This document shows positions 17,656 through 24,602 of a stretch of DNA of 25,647 bases, piece by piece. This DNA comes from a virus (lineage: Duplodnaviria > Caudoviricetes), in IMG/VR virus record IMGVR_UViG_3300033416_000030, positions 1-25,647 of that record. The stretch is one strand, 5' to 3'. Made by a program: the position numbers and the translations under genes. The notes beneath the pieces were generated by a model that saw only the letters and a list, made by a program, of their open reading frames with translations, made no database searches and had not been told where the DNA came from. Within the stretch, counting starts at the first letter, position 1. Every line of letters starts with the position of its first letter.

Positions 17656-18549
17656 CTACGCGAACGCGCCGTAGATGAGTTGCGGGAATCCGGGCTGGAA
17701 CGTGTAATCCGCCTCGGTGCCGAACAGGTACTCGCCTGTCTTGAACACGTACGAGTCGTCCAGCGACGTGACCGACACGAACTCCGGAGCCTTGCGCTCC
17801 TGCAACAGCACGGGGCCGATGCCCTTGCCCGCGTCCACGAGGAACCATGCGGACGCATTGGTGAGTTGCGGCATTACGACGAGTTCGAGGTTGAACCTGC
17901 CGATGACGTTGGGTGTCGCGTTCGTTGCGCCGACCTTCACGTCCGAGTAGATGAGTTCCCACGCGGTGTCCGCGAGTTCGAGCGGCACGATGAGGTGCGT
18001 CGGCTTGACGCCGATGATGCGCCCTGCGTCGTCCGTGTACCCGCGCATCGTCTGGTAGCCCAACTGCAACGAACCGGCAGCGAGGGCTGACGCCGTGTTG
18101 TTCGAGTACGTCGTCGCGCCGACCGGATGGTCGGTGTCCACGAGGTACTGACCGTCGAAGCACACCGTGGTCGATGCGTTCGTGAGCAGCGTCGCGAAGG
18201 TGCGGGTGTAGTGGTTCTTCGCCTCTGCCGCCATCGCCTGAATGAGCGGGCGATAGATGCCGAGGTTGTCCGACTCGAAGTCGCGGCGCTTGACGCCGAG
18301 TGTGTTCTCGTACTCGACCGACGTGACCGAGAACGATGACGCCGTCACGTTCTTTATGAACTTCTCGCCTACCCACTGGCGCGTCGCAGGAAGCGACTCA
18401 AGCCAGTTGTAAGTGACCGTGGGCGTATTCGCCGGAACGTACATGCACAACGGCTTCGGGTCAACGTCCTCATACTTCGTGAACGACGCCTCGAAGAGTC
18501 CCTTGAACTCCTCGAATGCCCCGTCCAGAGCAGCCTTGTTCAGAATCAT
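17656..18549 (-). CDS. Major capsid protein, Mu gpT-like
   Basis: YNWL...RQWVGE, YENTLGVKRRDFESDNLGIY, CFDGQYLVDTDHPV, PTHLIVP, AWFLVD and LQERKAPEF motifs; AAGGAGG RBS. Confidence 0.93.
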   Translation of the reverse strand: MILNKAALDGAFEEFKGLFEASFTKYEDVDPKPLCMYVPANTPTVTYNWLESLPATRQWVGEKFIKNVTASSFSVTSVEYENTLGVKRRDFESDNLGIYRPLIQAMAAEAKNHYTRTFATLLTNASTTVCFDGQYLVDTDHPVGATTYSNNTASALAAGSLQLGYQTMRGYTDDAGRIIGVKPTHLIVPLELADTAWELIYSDVKVGATNATPNVIGRFNLELVVMPQLTNASAWFLVDAGKGIGPVLLQERKAPEFVSVTSLDDSYVFKTGEYLFGTEADYTFQPGFPQLIYGAFA

Positions 18550-18567
18550 TGGTGAGTCACCTCCTTA

Positions 18568-19017
18568 TCAGGTCACGACGTTGGTGTAGTAGGTCATATC
18601 GACGCGGCAGGTCGTCGCTGAAGGCACCTCAACGATGAGCCCTGCCCCGATGTCGCCGGATGCCGAAGCCTTCGGGCCGAGCGTGGCGTTGTCCACGATT
18701 GCCGGGGACGTGCCGATGTCCGCGAGCGTGAGCGTGCCCGAGTAGTTCACGAGGAACGTGCCCGTTCGCTTCACCTTGACGCGGTTCGCTTCTGCGTTGA
18801 CCGTCCCGACCACGGCGGTGTCCGCACCCCCGGTCGAGTAGTTGCAAGCGACGCCGACAAAGATGTTCGCGCTGTTGTCCGTCGCCGCTTCCGCGAGCCC
18901 GGACGCGTTGAGCATAACCATCGTGCCAGCGTAGATGGTCTCACCGGACGCGGTGTTGAACCATCCGTAATCGCCGTCCGCGAACTGTGGGTCGCGGTCT
19001 GCTGTGACAGCAGTCAT
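18568..19017 (-). CDS. Capsid cement / decoration protein
   Basis: 149 aa; TIYAGTMV..NASG.A, FVGVA, ADIG...VDNAT; lies between protease and capsid; AAGGAGG RBS. Confidence 0.7.
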   Translation of the reverse strand: MTAVTADRDPQFADGDYGWFNTASGETIYAGTMVMLNASGLAEAATDNSANIFVGVACNYSTGGADTAVVGTVNAEANRVKVKRTGTFLVNYSGTLTLADIGTSPAIVDNATLGPKASASGDIGAGLIVEVPSATTCRVDMTYYTNVVT

Positions 19018-19038
19018 GTGTAACCTCCTTCCGGGGGT

Positions 19039-19446
19039 CTAGTTGATACGGAGTTGTTTCCTGATTGCCTCGCGCTCGGGGCTCACGTCGGGCTCCGTCG
19101 ATGCGGGCTGTGAGGCGACCGGTGCCACGGGCACCAGTTCCAGTTTCGCAACGAAGTCCCTCATGGCTCCGAGGATGTCGGTCGTCCCGCTGTCCTCGGA
19201 CAACCGCACCTCGCCGTCTTTCGCGGTGAGTATCGCCTTCAACGCCTCTCGTGCCGGTTCCGTCATGCCCTTCTCGGACGCGGCATCCAGCACCGAGGCG
19301 ATGTCGGCAGTACGCTTCTCCGCCTGAATCTCAGCGAGTTTGGCCTCTGCTGCCTCTGCCCGCTGTGCTGTCTCGCGGAGCGTGACGACTTCAGGGAGTT
19401 CGGCCAACGCGACCTCGTTCCCTTCGTTATCGTAGAGTTTCGCCAT
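19039..19446 (-). CDS. Internal in-frame scaffolding protein (Mu gpZ-like)
   Basis: GAGGAGG lies 8 nt before an in-frame ATG (MAKLYDNEG...), giving a 135-aa helical product. Confidence 0.6.
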   Translation of the reverse strand: MAKLYDNEGNEVALAELPEVVTLRETAQRAEAAEAKLAEIQAEKRTADIASVLDAASEKGMTEPAREALKAILTAKDGEVRLSEDSGTTDILGAMRDFVAKLELVPVAPVASQPASTEPDVSPEREAIRKQLRIN

Positions 19447-20262
19447 TCCATTGACCTCCTCTCGTTGGAGGATAGAGTCCAGCCTTGCCAATACTTCGGT
19501 ACGCAGGACTCGCACCGAACGTATCCCCTTGTCGCCCTTCGCCAGCGGCTCGACCGCCTGAAACGCTGCGGCGAGCGCAATCAACGGGTCTGCCTTCTCC
19601 GGAGTCTCCTCCACGGGTTCGGCGTCCATCGTCGATACGACGGGCTGGTTCAGTTCCGAGAACGTGAGTTCAGCCACGTCCGGCATCGTCCAGTCCGACC
19701 AGTTGTAGACGGGGCTCGTGTTCACGCCGTCCGCGCTCGCCGTGTACGTCGTCACGACCGCGCTCGCGCCCGCGAGCGTCACCTCCGGCATCATCTTCAT
19801 GACCGGCTTGTTCGTGAGCGTCGCCGAGCGCAGGACGTTGTACTCCTTGCCGTTCTCCTCGTCCTTGTACTTCGCAATCACCGCCGAGAGGTAGCGGTAC
19901 TGCATGTCCGCGAGAAGTTGCTGTCCCAAACTCGTCCACTCCACATCTGCCAACAGACCGGGCATCGGCTGACCAGTCGCCGCGTGGGGGAAGGTGCCGA
20001 CCCACAAGCGCGTGAACCAGCCGCTCGCCTTGTCCTCATTGTGCCCTCCGTCGTCCACGAACGGCTTGGTCTTCATGACGCCCTTGCGGAAGTTCGCCGC
20101 CAGTTCCGTGGCGAGTTTCCTGCTGATGGTGAGTTTGTCGGGTAGATGCGAGACCCCGGACGTGTCGAACGTCCCGATTGGAACGACAACGACGGTCGAA
20201 CTCTTGCGCTCGACCGCCTCGCTCGCATCGAAGGCGAGTGCTTCGTACCATTCCATCGTCAT
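19039..20262 (-). CDS. Prohead protease / scaffold, Mu gpI-like
   Basis: Start reassigned to ATG 20262 (ATGA overlap, GGAGG RBS). H...ASGW, VEWT..G, YRYLS and SATLTNKP motifs; coiled-coil C-terminus. Confidence 0.85.
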   Translation of the reverse strand: MTMEWYEALAFDASEAVERKSSTVVVVPIGTFDTSGVSHLPDKLTISRKLATELAANFRKGVMKTKPFVDDGGHNEDKASGWFTRLWVGTFPHAATGQPMPGLLADVEWTSLGQQLLADMQYRYLSAVIAKYKDEENGKEYNVLRSATLTNKPVMKMMPEVTLAGASAVVTTYTASADGVNTSPVYNWSDWTMPDVAELTFSELNQPVVSTMDAEPVEETPEKADPLIALAAAFQAVEPLAKGDKGIRSVRVLRTEVLARLDSILQREEVNGMAKLYDNEGNEVALAELPEVVTLRETAQRAEAAEAKLAEIQAEKRTADIASVLDAASEKGMTEPAREALKAILTAKDGEVRLSEDSGTTDILGAMRDFVAKLELVPVAPVASQPASTEPDVSPEREAIRKQLRIN

Positions 20263-20513
20263 GCCTCTCTGTCCTCCCGCCGCGCGACGCTCGTGCGGTG
20301 GGTTCCCGGCACGGCATGAGCATACCAGCGATGAGCCCCTAACCCTGCCCTTGAGGTACATTGCGCGGAACACTCCGGGCACACCCTGCCCATGCGCGTC
20401 GCGTAAGAGAGTGTCATGACCTCGAGCCGCCGACGCGCCCCCGCGTATCCCGGCTCCCCGAGAGAGGACTCAAGCCTCACCTCCACCATCCCGAAGTAGT
20501 CGTCCGGCTCCAA
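20259..20513 (-). CDS. Small C2H2 zinc-finger-like protein
   Basis: CPEC-x12-H-x4-H (CPECSAQCTSRAGLGAHRWYAH). AAGGAG 6 nt before TTG; stop overlaps the protease ATG. Confidence 0.6.
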   Translation of the reverse strand: MEPDDYFGMVEVRLESSLGEPGYAGARRRLEVMTLSYATRMGRVCPECSAQCTSRAGLGAHRWYAHAVPGTHRTSVARREDREA

Positions 20514-20516
20514 CCG

Positions 20517-20777
20517 TCACTCCTTCGATGGGTGCTTCGGCACCTGCCACTCCCCCCCGTTGCGTTCGATGACCTCGCGCGCCTTCTGCTCGCTCACCTG
20601 ACGCGACTCGGGCGAGCCTACGAAGATACCCGTGAGGCTGTTGTCCCTCACCCATGCGTCCGTCCGGTAATCGAACCGCAGTAGCGCGCCCTTCGCCGAA
20701 ATCCACGCGACCAGATTCGTGTTCCGGTACACGTCACCGACGAGCAGGTAGCGCGGTTCTATCTGAGCAGCCGTCAT
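20517..20777 (-). CDS. Probable immunity protein for the MuF-fused toxin
   Basis: 86 aa directly downstream of the toxin domain; GAGGTG RBS; RF....W.......F.G.....VSEQKAREVI pattern. Confidence 0.6.
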   Translation of the reverse strand: MTAAQIEPRYLLVGDVYRNTNLVAWISAKGALLRFDYRTDAWVRDNSLTGIFVGSPESRQVSEQKAREVIERNGGEWQVPKHPSKE

Positions 20778-20842
20778 CGCCGCTCACCTCTCCCCTCTGT
20801 GTCCAATACCTCATGTGGCGTGTGATACCCATAGACCACACT

Positions 20843-20860
20843 CCTCCTACTTTCATTATA
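20843..20860 (-). promoter_or_regulatory. Candidate internal promoter (-10 TATAAT) followed by AGGAGG
   Basis: Perfect TATAAT at 20855-20860 in an AT-rich patch within high-GC DNA; no convincing -35 seen. Confidence 0.45.
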
Positions 20861-20881
20861 CCCTGAATCTTCCATGCCCGC

Positions 20882-22582
20882 TCAGTCCTTGAACGAACGG
20901 ATGTCGCCCACGTCCGGCGGACGCTCGACCTTGTCCGACAGCGCAATCATTTCCAGCCTCAGTTCGTCGCGCCGCTCCTCCGTCGTCGTCAGCGCCCGCG
21001 ACTCTTCGAGCAGGTAGTGGTTGTAGTTCTGTTTCGTGTCCCAACTCTCGGGAGTGTGGAACTGCAACTCGAACCTGTACCCGTCAGGTGACTTGAACTG
21101 CATGTTGACGCCCACGTACGTCGGGTGTTCGCCCCACGGCTGCGTCCCGTCAAAGAAGTTCTTGCTCTGCACCCACTCGTAGCCCTTCGCTTCCAAGTCC
21201 GCGATTGTCGCGAGCCCCTTCTCCGTGAACTCCTCTGTTTCCGCGACCGCCGTGTATCTGAGCGCGTCGCTGATGCCCGCCTGCGCTTCCGCCTTCGTCG
21301 CGTACTCGCCGCGCCTCACGTCCTCGTCTATCTTGTTGCCCGCCGACTCCTCCGTCTTGAATCTGAAGTCGGCCTTGTTCTCCGGGTCTCCGAGGACGAA
21401 GCCCTCCATGCCCATACCGTTCGCGGACGTGACCTCTACGATGTCCGCGCTGATGGGCGGTTCCGCGATGTGCGCTCTGTCCACCGTGACCTCTGCCCGC
21501 TCGCGCGCCTCTACCGATATCGGCGGTGCGACAGGTTCCCACTCCCTCGGTGTCTCCCCCTCGTTCCGGTATATGACAATCTCGATGCACCTGCACTCGT
21601 TCCCCCAGATGCCGCCCTCGCACTCGTCGTTCGGAGCCTTGCCGAAGTCCGCCGGACCGTACTCGTTCCCGTCCATCTCCGCGCACACGTCGCACACGTT
21701 CCCGTCCATGACCGCCGAATACACGACGTAGTCCGCGTCCTCCTTGACCTCTTCCCACCCGACGAGCCGCCCCATGCCCACCGACTCGCGCGCTTCCATC
21801 GTCGATGACGCGATGAGCGAACGCTCCCCCGCCCTCATCGCCTGCCGGTAGAAATCGCCCTCCGGGTTCGTCAAATCACGGACGAGGTCAGCCACGGGCG
21901 TCCTTGCCATCTGTGCCATGAGCCCCCCCTGCACCGCTCCCTCCACCGCCCGCGCGACGTTCCCCGCATCCACCTCCGCCCGACCGCCGAGGTAGTCGTC
22001 AACCTTCTTGGGGTCTTTCCGTGGGGCTTTGCGCTCCGCGAGGCTCGTGCCCTGCCGCACCTGTGCCTTGTGCGCGTCGAGCATCTGGCGCTTGCCGATT
22101 CGCACGCCCGCCTTCATGCCCGCCTTGAACGCCGCGCTGAGTTCGCCCGTGAACGACGCCCTGAGTTTGCCCGCCGCCGTCGGGTCGCCCGACTTCGCCG
22201 CCCCTACCGCTTCCTCAAGCAGTTGCTTGACCATCTTCTTAAGCACCGGGGCAGCGCGCTTCGCGATGACCTCCTCTGTCTCCCCGAACTCACGTTCGAC
22301 CCTCGGGATGTCCCCGTACATCTGTTCGAGGTACGTCATCGGACGCCAGTACGTCCCCGCCTGCAAGACCACGTCCGCGTCCGACAAACACTTCCCGCAC
22401 TCGCATACGATAGTCTCTGCCTCTGTCTCCTCCGCCTTCGTGCTCTTGCTCCATTGCGACGCGCACACCGCGTACCGCTGTTTCTCGTCGTCGAAGTCCG
22501 CCACCATGACGGGGTTACCCATGCACCGCGCGAGGAAGTCCTTGCGCTGCTCCGCCCTCCGAGGCGTGGGCATCGGCATCAT
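20882..22582 (-). CDS. MuF-type head morphogenesis protein with C-terminal RelA/SpoT-like alarmone synthetase toxin domain
   Basis: Start at ATG 22582 (ATGA overlap). MuF motif YSAVMDGNVCDVCAEMDG...CRC. C-terminal RFKTEES...K, DALRYT, KN, YVGVN and FELQFHTPES..K...H motifs. Confidence 0.85.
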   Translation of the reverse strand: MMPMPTPRRAEQRKDFLARCMGNPVMVADFDDEKQRYAVCASQWSKSTKAEETEAETIVCECGKCLSDADVVLQAGTYWRPMTYLEQMYGDIPRVEREFGETEEVIAKRAAPVLKKMVKQLLEEAVGAAKSGDPTAAGKLRASFTGELSAAFKAGMKAGVRIGKRQMLDAHKAQVRQGTSLAERKAPRKDPKKVDDYLGGRAEVDAGNVARAVEGAVQGGLMAQMARTPVADLVRDLTNPEGDFYRQAMRAGERSLIASSTMEARESVGMGRLVGWEEVKEDADYVVYSAVMDGNVCDVCAEMDGNEYGPADFGKAPNDECEGGIWGNECRCIEIVIYRNEGETPREWEPVAPPISVEARERAEVTVDRAHIAEPPISADIVEVTSANGMGMEGFVLGDPENKADFRFKTEESAGNKIDEDVRRGEYATKAEAQAGISDALRYTAVAETEEFTEKGLATIADLEAKGYEWVQSKNFFDGTQPWGEHPTYVGVNMQFKSPDGYRFELQFHTPESWDTKQNYNHYLLEESRALTTTEERRDELRLEMIALSDKVERPPDVGDIRSFKD

Positions 22583-23172
22583 GCAGCCCAATCGAGCGTG
22601 TCCACGAACTCCGCCAATCCGTCCCTGTACGCTTCCGGCGTCGAGTCATGCCGCTGTCCCTGCATCCAATACACCGTCATGTGCGGGATGAGTTCGTCCA
22701 GTCTCAACGTCTGCTGCGGCGTCACGAGCATATCGTCCAATCCATGCCACACCGATATCGGCGCGGTGATTCGCTCGAAATGGATGTGCGCCAACTTCTG
22801 CCTGTTATAGTCCCTCGGCATGAGCAGCCCCGACGATACGGGATTGAGGAACGCCGCGCCACGATACGCGTCCGGCCTGCGTGCGAGCATCGCGTATCCC
22901 GTGAGCCCGCCGATACATTGCGCCGTGAGCATCGGACGGTCGAGCCCCAGTCTGTCGATGACCGCTTCCGCCTGCCCCGCGCCGTCGTACGGGTCACGCA
23001 GACACGGCACGATGATGGTGAAGTCGTGGGCCAGAAGCCAGTCCGTCACGGGCTTGTTGTACCCGTCCACGTACCACGGCTTCGACGCCACATGCCCGCC
23101 CGCCGGGATGCTCCCGTGACAGTCCACAACGACCCGCTTCCCATGCCCGATACGCAGGTGGTCGTGCGCCAT
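22579..23172 (-). CDS. Alpha/beta hydrolase with Cys at the nucleophile elbow
   Basis: Start reassigned to ATG 23172 (TAATG overlap with portal stop), 197 aa. VVVDCHG, TAQCIGG, VWHGLDDMLV and GQRH motifs. Confidence 0.75.
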   Translation of the reverse strand: MAHDHLRIGHGKRVVVDCHGSIPAGGHVASKPWYVDGYNKPVTDWLLAHDFTIIVPCLRDPYDGAGQAEAVIDRLGLDRPMLTAQCIGGLTGYAMLARRPDAYRGAAFLNPVSSGLLMPRDYNRQKLAHIHFERITAPISVWHGLDDMLVTPQQTLRLDELIPHMTVYWMQGQRHDSTPEAYRDGLAEFVDTLDWAA

Positions 23173-24602
23173 TACTCGCCCCGCATCGCGAGCAGCAGCC
23201 GCGCCCTCCGTTGCAGCAACCTCAAATCGTCGAGCGATGCCCTTACAGCCATCTGCTCGGGCTCCTCCTCTTCGGGCTCCTCTTCCTCCTCGGGCACCTC
23301 GCCCTCCGGCTCCTCCGGGTTCTCCGGCTCCTCGTCCGGCTGCGCGCTCTCCTCCGCGACCGGCAATCCCAACGCCTCTGCCATCGCGTCCGCGTCGAGG
23401 GACGCCTGCCCGCCCTGCACGAGCAGTTTGAACAAATCGCCCATGTACGCCCGCGTCGAGTCCGACAGCCCCGGTGTCTCGATGCGCGGTATCGCCGCCT
23501 CCGGCCCGAACGTGTACCGCACCATCGAGGACACAATCTGGTCGTTGAGCGAGTCGATGATGTCCAACAACAGCCCGTCCTCGCCGAGCAGGTACATGTC
23601 CGCGTGTGTCTCCGCCAACGAGTACGAACCGACCGTGTCGTCCTGAGCGAATACCTTGTCCGGTATCATGAGCGCCCGCAGAATCCATGCGTTGTGCGCG
23701 TTGAGGATGTCCAGATATCCCTGCGAACGTTGCGAGTCCTCCAACAGCGACACGTCCCACCCGGGCGTACCGTCCGGAACGGAGGGGAGCCACACGGCGG
23801 CATCGTCTGTGGTGAGTCCGGACGCTATCTCCTGAGCGATTTGGTCGTTCGGCGTCCCGTCACCTGCACTCCCGGGAGGGAACATGACCTTCGTGGTCGG
23901 CGTGCCCCTCCGTTCCATATAGCGCATCGCGAAATCCCATAGGAGTTGCTGCCGATACCACGGCTCATACGCTCCCACGAGTCGCGAGGTGCCCCAATAG
24001 TTCCCGAACTCCAATTCGTTCGCGAAGTGGAAACACTTAGCCCCCTCCAAGATGACCCCCGCAGGCTGCCCCACCTCGTACCCCGCGAAGTTCTCGAACC
24101 CGTCGAGCAGGATGCTCTTGAGCGTGGCAGGCTCGATGTCCTTTACCATGCTCGGCACCCACCCCGATACCGTCTGCTCTCCGCCCAGTTCGCTCGTCAC
24201 CTGTGTGTCCCTGCGCTCCCACACGACCTCGTGAGGCGCGCACCCCCTTGATACCCCGGTACGTGCCGCCGAGCGCACGAGCGCACGCCAGATGGGGCGT
24301 ATCGCCGACGTGACGTACTCGTTCACGATGGGGTCGGGCCCGTCCACCGTCCACCGTGCCGTCAGCAGGGGGAGGTAGATGAGCGACAGTCCGACCCGCA
24401 CTTGGAAGTGACGTTCCATCTTCTTGAACGTCGCCTGTCCGATGCTCTCCGGGTTGTACGTCCCGATGCGCGCGTTGACGTTCCCGAATATGCCCGCGAC
24501 CGTCGCCGTGCCGTGCGTCGCGCCCTGTCCGGTCTTGGGTGCCTGAGTCTCCGCGAGAGCGACGTACCCGAACCGCTTGAGCACGTCATCGGCGATGCTC
24601 AT
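23172..24602 (-). CDS. Portal protein, DUF935 / Mu gp29-like
   Basis: G.APHEVVW, NYWGTSRLVGAYEPW, ERRGTP, GSYSLAETH and LNDQIV motifs; follows the terminase; acidic Glu/Pro tail. Confidence 0.88.
   Translation of the reverse strand: MSIADDVLKRFGYVALAETQAPKTGQGATHGTATVAGIFGNVNARIGTYNPESIGQATFKKMERHFQVRVGLSLIYLPLLTARWTVDGPDPIVNEYVTSAIRPIWRALVRSAARTGVSRGCAPHEVVWERRDTQVTSELGGEQTVSGWVPSMVKDIEPATLKSILLDGFENFAGYEVGQPAGVILEGAKCFHFANELEFGNYWGTSRLVGAYEPWYRQQLLWDFAMRYMERRGTPTTKVMFPPGSAGDGTPNDQIAQEIASGLTTDDAAVWLPSVPDGTPGWDVSLLEDSQRSQGYLDILNAHNAWILRALMIPDKVFAQDDTVGSYSLAETHADMYLLGEDGLLLDIIDSLNDQIVSSMVRYTFGPEAAIPRIETPGLSDSTRAYMGDLFKLLVQGGQASLDADAMAEALGLPVAEESAQPDEEPENPEEPEGEVPEEEEEPEEEEPEQMAVRASLDDLRLLQRRARLLLAMRGE

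Noticed and set aside
202-19041. Stop-codon reassignment suggested by frequent TAG stops
   Set aside because: TAG codons fall at natural protein ends and are followed by RBS/start signals; recognisable genes are full length.
20263-20382. Upstream extension of the protease ORF
   Set aside because: Overlaps the zinc-finger ORF; the RBS and ATGA coupling favour 20262.
23250-23350. Glu/Pro-rich low-complexity tract
   Set aside because: Ordinary disordered acidic tail of a portal protein.
23173-23793. N-terminal 207 aa of the 404-aa ORF 22579-23793
   Set aside because: Overlaps the portal gene out of frame and is low-complexity Gly/Arg/Ala; the plausible start is ATG 23172.
17402-24602. Calling the element a transposable Mu-like phage
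   Set aside because: Only the head genes are Mu-like. There is no transposase in view and no sheath gene, so the tail appears non-contractile.
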